A DNA stretch of 64,000 bases, from NCBI GenBank assembly GCA_031458695.1, contig JAVKJW010000002.1:96001-160000 (forward strand), read 5' to 3'. Positions 9,838 through 19,065 of the stretch are shown in pieces. The position numbers and the translations under genes were made by a program. The notes beneath the pieces are model-generated. The model ran no database searches, had not been told where the DNA came from, and was given only the letters and a program-made list of their open reading frames with translations. Each line of letters begins with the position of its first letter. The first letter of the stretch is position 1. Source of the stretch: Candidatus Thermofontivivens primus. GTDB lineage: Bacteria; Sysuimicrobiota; Sysuimicrobiia; Sysuimicrobiales; Thermofontiviventaceae.

Positions 9838-11493
9838 ATGAGGATGGGATCGTTCCGGGAGCTGGCTGAAGTCATGGAGGCGATTGCCTCGACGGCGAGC
9901 AAGCTAGAGAAAATCGCCCTCCTTGGCGAGTACTTGAACACCCTTGAGGATGCGGACCTTGAGGTAGCCTGTACATACCTCACTGGATCCCCTTTCCCCG
10001 CAGGAGACCCCAGGAAGCTCAACATAGGGTGGTCTGCGCTTGTTGACTTGATCTTGGAGATCTCCGGGGCATCGCTTCAGACTCTGGACGCCCTCTATCT
10101 CAAGCATGGGGATCTGGGGAAGGTTGCAGAGGAGCTTCTCTCAAGGAAGGTCATGCTCTCCCTCTTTCCTGCTCCCTCTCCTCCCTTGACCATCCAGGGA
10201 GTCCGGGAGGCATTTGAGACGATTGCAGCGTTGAGCGGCCCCCGGTCCCGACAGCACAAGATGGAGATCCTGCGCCGCCTTCTCCTCGATGCCACCCCTC
10301 TGGAGGCGAAGTACCTGGTGAAGATCATCACTTCCGACCTGCGGATCGGGTTGCGGGAGGGTTTGCTGGAAGAGGCCATTGCGCGGACCTGGTCTGTTTC
10401 CCTAGAAGAAGTGCGTAGGGCCAACATGCTCCTGAGCCACGTGGGGCTTGTTGCAGTGATGGCCCGGAGAGGTCAGATCCACACGGCCAGTCTCATGTTA
10501 TTCAGACCCCTGAGGTTCATGCTCGCTGAGACGATCTTTAGCGCAGAGGAGGCCTTTCAAGATCAAGCCGGCGCTCTTCTCGTTGAGGAGAAATATGATG
10601 GGATCCGGGTGCAGGTCCATAAGGAGGGGGACCGGTTGGCCATCTACAGCCGCACCCTGGACGACATCACGGCGTCCTTTCCTGAACTCCACGCAAACCT
10701 GCTCTCCCTGGCTAGCTGCTACATCCTGGACGGCGAGATCGTTGCCTGGCGCGACGGCCCGTTGCCCTTCTACCTTCTCCAGCAACGGCTGAGACGTGAA
10801 GACCCGGCTACCCTCCTCCAGGAGATCCCTGTGGTCCTGTTTGCTTTTGACCTCCTCCACTTGGACGGGCAGGACCTCCTCTCCCTCCCTCTTGAGGCCC
10901 GGCGGAAGGCCCTCGAAAGGCTCAACTTCCGTGCTCCCGTCTACCTCTCTAGGGCAATCATCGCTACGACCCCACAGGAAGTGACGCGGGCATTCCGTGA
11001 AGCCAGGGAGAAAGGGAATGAGGGGGTTATGGTGAAGCGCCTTGATGCTCCCTATACCCCAGGCAAGCGCGGGCGGCTGTGGATGAAGTGGAAGGAGGAG
11101 CTAGCAACTCTGGATGTGGTCGTTGTGGCGGTTGAACATGGACACGGGAAGAGGGCGAATGTCCTCTCGGACTATACCTTTGCTATCCGGGAAGGCGAGC
11201 ACCTGCGCACCATCGGGAAGGCTTACTCGGGCCTTACAGATGAAGAGATTGAGCGCCTCACCGAATGGTTTCGCGCCCATACCATCCGGGACCTTGGCCG
11301 GGTCAAGCTGGTCGAGCCCAAGATCGTTCTCGAAGTAGCCTTCGACGCCATCCAGCGGAGCGATCGCCACGACTCAGGTTTTGCCCTCCGTTTCCCCAGG
11401 ATCAAGCGGATCCGCGAAGACAAATCCCCCGAAGAGATTTCCACCGTGGAGGACGTACGGCGCATCTACGAGCACCAGAGAATCAAACCTTAG
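9838..11493 (+). CDS. ATP-dependent DNA ligase (DNA-binding, adenylation and OB domains)
   Basis: Motif I EEKYDG, LDGEIV, FAFDLL, EGVMVK, WMKWK, ALRFPRI. Confidence 0.95.
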   Translation: MRMGSFRELAEVMEAIASTASKLEKIALLGEYLNTLEDADLEVACTYLTGSPFPAGDPRKLNIGWSALVDLILEISGASLQTLDALYLKHGDLGKVAEELLSRKVMLSLFPAPSPPLTIQGVREAFETIAALSGPRSRQHKMEILRRLLLDATPLEAKYLVKIITSDLRIGLREGLLEEAIARTWSVSLEEVRRANMLLSHVGLVAVMARRGQIHTASLMLFRPLRFMLAETIFSAEEAFQDQAGALLVEEKYDGIRVQVHKEGDRLAIYSRTLDDITASFPELHANLLSLASCYILDGEIVAWRDGPLPFYLLQQRLRREDPATLLQEIPVVLFAFDLLHLDGQDLLSLPLEARRKALERLNFRAPVYLSRAIIATTPQEVTRAFREAREKGNEGVMVKRLDAPYTPGKRGRLWMKWKEELATLDVVVVAVEHGHGKRANVLSDYTFAIREGEHLRTIGKAYSGLTDEEIERLTEWFRAHTIRDLGRVKLVEPKIVLEVAFDAIQRSDRHDSGFALRFPRIKRIREDKSPEEISTVEDVRRIYEHQRIKP

Positions 11494-11658
11494 TAACGGG
11501 CCCCTGTACGTCTCTTCTGGAAAAAGATCGAAAGGGCTCTAGCTCCCTCTCCAGCACTCCCTGCTGCGTATGACCCAGGCGCGCATACCTTACATACCGC
11601 CCAGCCGGATCGTGGAGCTTTTGAGATCCGTTTGCAAATTTTTTAAAACAAAAAGGTA

Positions 11659-11687
11659 TTGACAGGATGCGAGATGTGTGATAAGAG
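11659..11687 (+). promoter_or_regulatory. Putative promoter of amtB-glnA operon
   Basis: TTGACA at 11659 preceded by AT-rich tract; -10 weak (TAAGAG at N17). Confidence 0.5.
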
Positions 11688-11706
11688 AAAATACCAAGAG
11701 ACGCAA

Positions 11707-11820
11707 TGGCCGTGATGCCAGCCGGAGAATCCGGCTGGCGTTCGTGTTTTCGGTGGCCGAAGAGGGCCACGTGGGCCTTGATGCCCTCGGCGATGATGCA
11801 TCGCCGGGGGCATTTGATTT
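11707..11820 (+). promoter_or_regulatory. Putative ANTAR-target leader: hexaloop hairpins overlapping two terminator-like stems
   Basis: TGGC-CGTGAT-GCCA, GTGGCC-GAAGAG-GGCCAC, GGGC-CTTGAT-GCCC (G at loop position 4 in all); long stems 11714-11742 and 11780-11814 with T-rich tails; ANTAR protein gene downstream. Confidence 0.7.
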
Positions 11821-11845
11821 CTGGACCAGAAGGGAGGAGGAGGGT

Positions 11846-13237
11846 ATGCGATTTTTCTTGGTTGGGGCTGTCATCCTGAGCGTCCTGATGGTCCCCGTGT
11901 TGAGCTGGGCGGCTGACCCTACTGGATCGGAGACCATCAAGACGGCGCCTGAGGCGGCGGTCAATTTCGCCTGGACACTGATCGCCGCATTCTTGGTGTT
12001 CTTCATGCAGGCAGGCTTCGCCATGGTGGAGGCTGGCTTCGCGCGCGCAAAGAACACCGTCAACATCCTCACTAAGAACTTCATGGACTTCTGCATGGGC
12101 GGTCTTGCCTTCTGGGCCTTTGGATTTGCTCTCATGTTCGGAGGATCCAAGCTCGCCTCCGGGCTGGACTTTGGGAACCCGTGGATCGGTTTCTCGGGTT
12201 TCTTCCTCTCTGGCGATAGCTACGACGTGACCACCATCGAGCTCTGGCTATTCCAGATGGTCTTCGCGGCCACGGCGGCCACGATTGTCTCTGGAGCCAT
12301 GGCGGAGCGAACAAAGATTACCGCCTATCTCGCCTACAGCTTTCTCGTCTCTGCCATCATTTACCCTATCTATGGCCATTGGGTCTGGGGAGGAGGCTGG
12401 CTTTCCGCACTCCCTTTTGGGGTTGGCGCAAGGGACTTTGCAGGATCCGGGGTCGTGCATGCAGTCGGAGGGCTGGTCGCCCTTGCCGGAGCGGCGATGG
12501 TCGGACCTCGCTTGGGTAAGTATAACGCCGACGGAACCCCCAACGTGATCCCTGGCCACAACCTTGCGTATGTGGTACTTGGCACGTTCATTCTTTTCTT
12601 CGGGTGGTTTGGGTTTAACCCGGGCAGCACACTTGCAGCGACCGACCTCCGCATCAGCGTGATCGCCGCAAACACGTTTTTAGCTGGGATTGCAGGCGCA
12701 GTCGTCGCCCTGTACGCATCCCTGATCAAGACGGGGAAGGCGGATGTGACGCAGGCCTGCAACGGCGCCCTTGCTGGGTTGGTAGGTATTACCGCTCCAT
12801 GCGCTTACGTCGCGCCTTGGGCAGCAGTCGTCGTTGGTGGCGTGGCTGCACTGGTCATGTTGTGGAGCCTTGGGTTCGTGGAACGCACCCTGCACGTGGA
12901 TGACCCGGTGGGGGCGATCTCGGTTCACGCTGCGGCGGGTTTGTGGGGACTGCTGGCCGTCGGCATCTTCGCCGATGGGACTTACGGTGGCGTCAAGGGC
13001 CTCATCGTGGGAGAGGTTGGGCAACTGATCGCCCAACTCATCTCCGTAGTTGTCGTTACCGCCTGGTCACTTGCCACCGGGTTCCTCATGTTCTGGATCC
13101 TCAAACGGGCCATGGGGTTGAGAGCTTCACGGGAGGAGGAGATCGGTGGGCTAGACCTCACAGAACATGGGCTGGAGGCGTACCCCGCGCAGCTCGTGTC
13201 TTTCGCGAGTGTTGCCGGCGGGCAGGAACTCTCATAA
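11846..13237 (+). CDS. amtB: Ammonium transporter
   Basis: FFMQAGFAMVEAG, DFAGSGVVH, FGWFGFNPGS, DDPVGAISVH; GGAGGAGG RBS before ATG 11846. Confidence 0.97.
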   Translation: MRFFLVGAVILSVLMVPVLSWAADPTGSETIKTAPEAAVNFAWTLIAAFLVFFMQAGFAMVEAGFARAKNTVNILTKNFMDFCMGGLAFWAFGFALMFGGSKLASGLDFGNPWIGFSGFFLSGDSYDVTTIELWLFQMVFAATAATIVSGAMAERTKITAYLAYSFLVSAIIYPIYGHWVWGGGWLSALPFGVGARDFAGSGVVHAVGGLVALAGAAMVGPRLGKYNADGTPNVIPGHNLAYVVLGTFILFFGWFGFNPGSTLAATDLRISVIAANTFLAGIAGAVVALYASLIKTGKADVTQACNGALAGLVGITAPCAYVAPWAAVVVGGVAALVMLWSLGFVERTLHVDDPVGAISVHAAAGLWGLLAVGIFADGTYGGVKGLIVGEVGQLIAQLISVVVVTAWSLATGFLMFWILKRAMGLRASREEEIGGLDLTEHGLEAYPAQLVSFASVAGGQELS

Positions 13238-13255
13238 CCAAGGGAGGTGAATGAA

Positions 13256-13369
13256 GTGCCAGTGGAAGCGATCTATGGGATCGTAGGGTTTGGCATCCTC
13301 TTCATCATGTGGGTGGTGCTCCCGCGCCGTCTCACGCAGAGGTCGGAATCGCTCAGGGAGAGAGAATAA
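13256..13369 (+). CDS. Small (37 aa) single-pass membrane protein
   Basis: GGGAGGTG RBS, GTG start, MPVEAIYGIVGFGILFIMWVVLPRRLTQRSESLRERE*; below ORF-track cutoff. Confidence 0.7.
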   Translation: MPVEAIYGIVGFGILFIMWVVLPRRLTQRSESLRERE

Positions 13370-13408
13370 GCCCGTACCGATGTGCGGCAGAAAGGAGGTC
13401 ACAGGGAT

Positions 13409-14848
13409 ATGAAACCACGAACGCCGAAAGAAGTACTGGCCTTTGCCAAGGAGCGAGGGGTGCAGGTCGTTGACCTACGCTTTACCGATCTCCCAGGGAT
13501 GTGGCAGCATGCTTCGATTCCCGCCTCGCAGCTTGATGAGGCCGTCTTCTCAAAGGGGGTTGGCTTCGACGGGAGCAGCATCCGAGGGTTCCAGGCGATC
13601 CACGAGAGCGATATGCTGTTGATCCCTGATCCCAACACCGCTTTCATCGATCCCTTCCTTGAGGTGACCACCCTCGTTCTGATCTGCAACGTCCACGACC
13701 CCGAGACCCGGCTTCCCTACTCCCGGGACCCACGCTACGTGGCGCAAAAAGCGGAGGAATACCTGAAGATAACGGGGGTAGCTGATACCAGCTTCTGGGG
13801 GCCAGAGATCGAGTTCTTCCTCTTCGACCATGTCTCCTATGAAGTGGAGACGCACCGCATGGGATATGCCATCGATTCCAGGGAAGGGGTGTGGAACACG
13901 GGCAACAACAACGGCCGGAATCTTGGGTACCAGATCCGGCCGAAGGAAGGATATTTCCCTGCCCCGCCCTCCGATACTTTCCAGGACATCCGCAGCGAGG
14001 CGGTGCTGATCCTGGAGCAGATTGGGATTCCTGTGGAGATGCACCACCACGAGGTTGCTACGGCAGGGCAGGCGGAGGTCGACATGGAGCGTGACACCCT
14101 CGTGCGGATGGCCGACAAGGTCATGATCTACAAATATGTGATGAAGAACGTGGCGCGCCGCCACGGGCTCACTGTTACCTTCATGCCCAAGCCGCTTTTC
14201 GGGGACAATGGCAACGGGATGCACACCCACCAAAGTCTGTGGCAAAACGGCGACAACCTCTTCTACGACGAGAGGGGGTACGCGGAGCTGAGCGAGACCG
14301 CGCTCTCCTATATCGCCGGCCTGCTCACCCATGTGGACGCACTCCTCGCGTTGACCAGCCCAACGACCAACTCTTACAAGCGCCTCGTCCCTCACTACGA
14401 GGCGCCGGTGAACATTGCCTTTTCCAAGCGGAACCGCAGTGCCTGTGTTCGGATCCCCATGTACTACAACGGCCCGGAGAGTGCGGCCAGCAAGCGCATC
14501 GAATTCCGCCCTCCAGATCCCAGTTGCAACCCCTACTTGGCATTCGCTGCCATGCTCATGGCAGGGCTCGATGGGATCCAGCGGAAGCTGGACGCTTCAC
14601 CGTTCGGTCCGCTGGACGTCAACACCTACGAGCTTCCACCGGAAGAGGCCGCTCTCGTGCGGAGCGTGCCCGGTTCGCTCGGTGCAGTCCTGGATGCGTT
14701 AGAGGCGGATCAGAAGTTCCTGCGGGAAGGAGAGGTCTTCACGGAAGACCTGCTCCGGGCCTGGATCGATTACAAACGAACCAAGGAGCTGCAGGAGGTG
14801 AGCATCCGCCCTCACCCTTATGAATTCTACCTTTACTACGACATTTGA
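13409..14848 (+). CDS. glnA: Type I glutamine synthetase
   Basis: FDGSSIRGF, HHEVATAGQ, TFMPKPLFGDNGNGMH, NSYKRLVP, RIEFRPPDP. Confidence 0.98.
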   Translation: MKPRTPKEVLAFAKERGVQVVDLRFTDLPGMWQHASIPASQLDEAVFSKGVGFDGSSIRGFQAIHESDMLLIPDPNTAFIDPFLEVTTLVLICNVHDPETRLPYSRDPRYVAQKAEEYLKITGVADTSFWGPEIEFFLFDHVSYEVETHRMGYAIDSREGVWNTGNNNGRNLGYQIRPKEGYFPAPPSDTFQDIRSEAVLILEQIGIPVEMHHHEVATAGQAEVDMERDTLVRMADKVMIYKYVMKNVARRHGLTVTFMPKPLFGDNGNGMHTHQSLWQNGDNLFYDERGYAELSETALSYIAGLLTHVDALLALTSPTTNSYKRLVPHYEAPVNIAFSKRNRSACVRIPMYYNGPESAASKRIEFRPPDPSCNPYLAFAAMLMAGLDGIQRKLDASPFGPLDVNTYELPPEEAALVRSVPGSLGAVLDALEADQKFLREGEVFTEDLLRAWIDYKRTKELQEVSIRPHPYEFYLYYDI

Positions 14849-14871
14849 GTCGAGGGGAGGCGTAGTGAAAC

Positions 14872-15420
14872 GTGTCAGGCCGCGTGGTGATTGCAGACGA
14901 CGAAACAGTCATCAGGTTGGGTGTGCGGACCATCCTCGAGGAGGCAGGGTACACTGTTGTGGGGGAAGCCTCCGCCGGCGGCCAGGTCCTGGGCCTTGTG
15001 GAAGAGTTGAACCCAGACGTGGTGGTTTTGGACATCAAGATGCCCGACATAAACGGGATCGAGGTCGCTCGACGCTTGCATCACCAGCACCCGGTCCCAG
15101 TGGTCTTCCTGACCGCTTTTGGAGATCAAGAGCTGATCCGTTTGGCCAAGGAAGCTGGTGGGTTTGCCTACGTGGTCAAGCCGATCCAGGGGGCAGAGAT
15201 CGTTGCTGCCGTGGAGTTGGCCCGGGCGCGATGGCAAGACCTCCAGAGCCTCCGCGAGACGCTGGAAACCCGCAAGCTCGTGGAACGAGCAAAGGGGATC
15301 CTGATGCGAAAACTTGGGATCGGTGAAGAGGATGCATACCGGTTGCTGCACCGCTTCAGCCGTTCCCAGCGCAAACCGCTCCGCAAAGTTGCAGAGGCGG
15401 TGATCGCAAAGGAGGGATAG
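14872..15420 (+). CDS. Response regulator with REC and ANTAR RNA-antiterminator domains (NitR/PdtaR-like)
   Basis: IADDE, LDIKMP, LTAF, VKP; ANTAR LETRKLVERAKGILM...EEDAYRLL. Confidence 0.93.
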   Translation: MSGRVVIADDETVIRLGVRTILEEAGYTVVGEASAGGQVLGLVEELNPDVVVLDIKMPDINGIEVARRLHHQHPVPVVFLTAFGDQELIRLAKEAGGFAYVVKPIQGAEIVAAVELARARWQDLQSLRETLETRKLVERAKGILMRKLGIGEEDAYRLLHRFSRSQRKPLRKVAEAVIAKEG

Positions 15421-15631
15421 CACCCTCTCTGGGGACACGGATTGTCATCTTCCTCCCCAAGGTCCCCCCTGCCCTCAGGACCACGAACCGCCTTCCCTTT
15501 TCCTCCTTTCTCCTCGTTCTTCCCGTCACCGCGGGAGAGGGGGTCTTCCCCCTTTTCGCCCCAAACCACGAGAGCCTCCTCTCCCTCCCGACCCACAATC
15601 GAGGAATGGCCCAAGGGATGTAGAAGAATAA

Positions 15632-16993
15632 ATGAGGGATGTCTTTGTGATGAGAAGAGGAAGAACGTTCGTGCAAAGGTTGTGGCTCCTGTGGGCGATT
15701 CTGTGGGTGGGTATATTCGCGTTTGCCCAGGATTCCCAACCGGTGGTCTATCTCATCAAAGTGGACGGCGTGATCGGCCCCTCAACCGCGCATTACATCA
15801 GCCGTGCCATTGGGGAAGCTGACCGCAATGGTGCCACCGCCCTGGTGATCCAGCTCGATACTCCAGGGGGCCTGATGAAATCCACAGACGACATCACCCG
15901 GGCGATGCTGGCCAGCCCGGTTCCAATCGTGGTGTATGTTTCTCCTAGCGGGGCGAGGGCTGGGTCGGCCGGGGTCTGGATTACTTACGCCGCCAACATC
16001 GCTGCTATGGCTCCGGCAACCCACATCGGGGCGGCCTCCCCTGTAGGGCTTGGGGGGCAGGCGCCAGACGAGACTCTCAAACGGAAGATCACCGAGGATG
16101 CCGTGGCTAACCTCCGCGCCTTGGCAAATAAACGCGGGCGCAACGCCGAGTGGGCGGAGAAGGCCGTACGGGAGGCAGCGAGCATTACCGAACAGGAAGC
16201 CCTTCGCCTCCGCGTCGTGGACCTCATCGCCCAGGACCTGCGTGACCTTCTGCGGAAGATCGACGGGAGAGCAGTGGAGACAGCGAGCGGCAAAGTGATC
16301 CTGCGTACGGCCAACGCCAGGGTCGTGGAGATCTCCCCGGATGTGCGGGAGAAGTTCCTGGACCTCCTCAGCGATCCCAATGTCGGCTTCGTTCTCATGA
16401 CCATCGCCATCTACGGGATCATCTTCGAGCTCTCCAACCCTGGAGCGATCTTCCCTGGGGTCATTGGGGGGATCGCCCTCATCCTGGCTCTGGCCTCCTT
16501 TGCTATCCTCAAGGTGAACGTGGCGGGCCTTCTGCTTATTGGCTTTGCTCTGTTGCTCTTCCTTCTCGACCTCTTCCTCCCCAGCCACGGGATCCTCACG
16601 GCGGGTGGGATCGCCTCCTTCATCTTCGGGGCCATCCTGCTGACAGAGCGCCAGGCGCCCTACCTGCAGATCTCCCTCCAGCTCATCATCGCCGTCGCAC
16701 TGCTCACAGCGGCTTTCTTCTTGTTCGCCGTAGGTGCGGGCCTGCGGGCCCAGCGACGGGTGATCCGGACAGGGAGGGAAGGCCTCATCGGGGCCACGGG
16801 GGTGGCCCGGACGGAGATTAACCCGGAGGGGACGGTCTTCCTCCAGGGCGAGCTGTGGAGCGCGATGTCCGATGGCGAACCGATCCCAAATGGAGCGCGC
16901 GTCCAGGTAGTTGGGGTGGAAGGTCTCCGCCTTAGGGTGAGGCGGGTCGAGGAGCATCCACCTGGAACAGCGGCAAAGCCTCCCCATTCGTAG
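15632..16993 (+). CDS. nfeD: NfeD family membrane-bound serine protease (long form)
   Basis: LDTPGGL, ARAGSAG, HIGAASPV, C-terminal GELWSA OB domain; start could be 15650. Confidence 0.92.
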   Translation: MRDVFVMRRGRTFVQRLWLLWAILWVGIFAFAQDSQPVVYLIKVDGVIGPSTAHYISRAIGEADRNGATALVIQLDTPGGLMKSTDDITRAMLASPVPIVVYVSPSGARAGSAGVWITYAANIAAMAPATHIGAASPVGLGGQAPDETLKRKITEDAVANLRALANKRGRNAEWAEKAVREAASITEQEALRLRVVDLIAQDLRDLLRKIDGRAVETASGKVILRTANARVVEISPDVREKFLDLLSDPNVGFVLMTIAIYGIIFELSNPGAIFPGVIGGIALILALASFAILKVNVAGLLLIGFALLLFLLDLFLPSHGILTAGGIASFIFGAILLTERQAPYLQISLQLIIAVALLTAAFFLFAVGAGLRAQRRVIRTGREGLIGATGVARTEINPEGTVFLQGELWSAMSDGEPIPNGARVQVVGVEGLRLRVRRVEEHPPGTAAKPPHS

Positions 16994-17017
16994 GGGGTTC
17001 GAGCGCAGGGAGGTGGG

Positions 17018-17785
17018 TTGAAGATGCTGTATTGGCTCTACCTAAGCGTCATTGCCATCTTCGCATTCGCCGTGCTCTCGGCAATGATCAAGATCATCCG
17101 GGAGTACGAGAGGGCTGTGGTATTCCGACTGGGACGCCTCCTTGGTGCAAAGGGGCCTGGGCTCATCTTCCTCATTCCCTTTGTGGACCGGATGGTGAAA
17201 GTAGACCTGCGGGTTGTGACCTTCGACGTTCCGCGCCAAGAGGTGATGACCAGGGATAACGTTCCCGTGACCGTGGATGCCGTGGTGTATTTCCGGGTTG
17301 TAAACGCCGAAGATGCCATCGTCAAGGTGGAGAACTTCGGCAAGGCGACCTCTCTCATCGCCCAGACCACCCTGCGCAGCGTCGTTGGGCAACACGAGCT
17401 TGACGACCTTCTCGCGCACCGGGATAAAATCAACCAGCAGCTCCAGCGGATCATCGATGAGGCCACGGAACCATGGGGCATCAAGGTGACGGCGGTGGAG
17501 GTCCGGGATGTCGTCCTCCCCGAAGGGATGAAGCGCGCTATGGCCAAGCAGGCCGAGACCGAACGGGAGCGACGGGCCAAGGTGATCAATGCGGAGGGCG
17601 AGTTCCAGGCGGCGGAGAAACTCGTGGCCGCGGCCCAGATGATTGCCACGCAGCCCATTGCCCTTCAGCTCCGCTTCCTCCAGACGCTCACGGAGGTGGC
17701 CACGGAGCAGAACTCGACCACGATCTTTCCCATTCCCATCGACCTCTTTACGCCCTACCTCAAGCGCGCCCTAGAGTCACGGTGA
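17018..17785 (+). CDS. Stomatin/SPFH (slipin) family protein
   Basis: EYERAVVFRLGR, AQTTLRSVVG, ALQLRFLQTL; canonical partner of NfeD. Confidence 0.95.
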   Translation: MKMLYWLYLSVIAIFAFAVLSAMIKIIREYERAVVFRLGRLLGAKGPGLIFLIPFVDRMVKVDLRVVTFDVPRQEVMTRDNVPVTVDAVVYFRVVNAEDAIVKVENFGKATSLIAQTTLRSVVGQHELDDLLAHRDKINQQLQRIIDEATEPWGIKVTAVEVRDVVLPEGMKRAMAKQAETERERRAKVINAEGEFQAAEKLVAAAQMIATQPIALQLRFLQTLTEVATEQNSTTIFPIPIDLFTPYLKRALESR

Positions 17786-17828
17786 ACTCCGAGCAACCCA
17801 AAACCTGATGAACACGATAAACCTGATG
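17784..17828 (+). repeat. Degenerate 9-bp tandem repeat at stomatin/tsaE junction
   Basis: AACCTGATG AACACGATA AACCTGATG. Confidence 0.6.
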
Positions 17829-18302
17829 TTTCACACCCGGAGTCCTGAGGAGACACAGCGCCTGGGCGAGCGCCTGGGGGAGATCCTCCAGGCCCCTGCG
17901 GTCGTAGCCCTGGTCGGGGAGTTGGGGGTTGGCAAGACCTGTTTCATCCAGGGAGTCGCCAGAGGGCTTGGGGTGAAGGGCTATGTCCCGAGCCCTACGT
18001 TCACCCTCATCCGCGAGCACCATGGGCGGGTCCCTGTCTATCACGTTGACCTCTACAGGCTGGAGAAGCCGCAGGAACTGGAAGATCTCGGTCTTGAAGA
18101 GATCCTCGAGGGGGAAGGGGTTGTGCTCATCGAGTGGGCCGAGAAGGTTCGTTTCCTCCTTCCCCCGGAGCACTTACAAGTCGAGTTGCGCTTTGGCCAG
18201 GGGGATGAGGAGCGGGAGATCCTCATAGTCCCTCATGGCGAGCGGTATAGGCAGCTCCTCCATGGCTTCTCGCAAGGGCCCCATGCGCGTGCTAGCCTTT
18301 GA
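17808..18302 (+). CDS. tsaE: tRNA threonylcarbamoyladenosine biosynthesis ATPase
   Basis: GELGVGKT, SPTFTL, HVDLYRL, IEWAE; start could be 17826. Confidence 0.95.
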   Translation: MNTINLMFHTRSPEETQRLGERLGEILQAPAVVALVGELGVGKTCFIQGVARGLGVKGYVPSPTFTLIREHHGRVPVYHVDLYRLEKPQELEDLGLEEILEGEGVVLIEWAEKVRFLLPPEHLQVELRFGQGDEEREILIVPHGERYRQLLHGFSQGPHARASL

Positions 18303-18966
18303 GACCTCGACATCCCGGGCTGGGATAGCCCTGGTGGATCACCAGGGGATCGTCGCCGAGTCCCTCCTCCTCGCGCCGATGCGTCACCTCGAGTGGATCC
18401 TTGTTGGCCTCGAGAGTATGCTGCGGGAAGCCGGGGTTCCCCGGGACAGCATCGAGGGGGTCGCCGTATCTTTGGGCCCCGGTTCATTCACGGGGCTACG
18501 CATCGGCATCGCCACTGCCATAGGTTTGGCGAAGGGGTGGGAGGTCCCTATCGTCGGGGTTCCGACCCTGGATGTGGTCGCCGCAGGGATTCCTCGAGAC
18601 GGGCTTGTGTGCGCGCTCTTGGACGCGCGGCGGGGGGAAGTCGCTGCTGCGATCTTCCGGATATGGCGCGGGGCGCTCACGAGGATCACGGGAGATCTGG
18701 TCGCTCCTATCCGGGAGGCGATTGAGCTCTTGGAAGGGTATGAAGGGGAGATCGCGCTCACCGGCGAGGGGGTTGCGAGGTTCGGGAAAGAGATTTTGGA
18801 CAACCTCGGGAACCGCATCTGGATCGCCCCGCCGGTATACTGGCCTCCACGCGCGGCCATGGTGGGGTGGCTTGGCCGTGCCCTCCTTCTCCAGGGCGTG
18901 AGGGGCGATCCCTATCACCTCCAGCCTGTCTACGTTCGGCGCCCGGTACCTCTAGCCCCCTCCTAA
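18283..18966 (+). CDS. tsaB: tRNA threonylcarbamoyladenosine biosynthesis protein
   Basis: MRVLAFETS, GPGSFTGLRIG, DARRGEV, PVYVR. Confidence 0.95.
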   Translation: MRVLAFETSTSRAGIALVDHQGIVAESLLLAPMRHLEWILVGLESMLREAGVPRDSIEGVAVSLGPGSFTGLRIGIATAIGLAKGWEVPIVGVPTLDVVAAGIPRDGLVCALLDARRGEVAAAIFRIWRGALTRITGDLVAPIREAIELLEGYEGEIALTGEGVARFGKEILDNLGNRIWIAPPVYWPPRAAMVGWLGRALLLQGVRGDPYHLQPVYVRRPVPLAPS

Positions 18967-19065
18967 GGAGACAAAGGGTTTCTGGCCCACGGGAGGAATG
19001 AGGGAAGGTACAGGTATTGACCGCGCGTGTAAAATTGAGGAGAGACCAAGAGGAGGATCCGCGAC

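Noticed and set aside
11631..11650. GlnR/TnrA box upstream of amtB
   Set aside because: Does not fit TGTNA-N7-TNACA; better read as an AT-rich UP element
11678..11845. N-terminal extension of AmtB in the ORF track
   Set aside because: Overlaps the promoter and structured leader; a strong SD precedes ATG 11846
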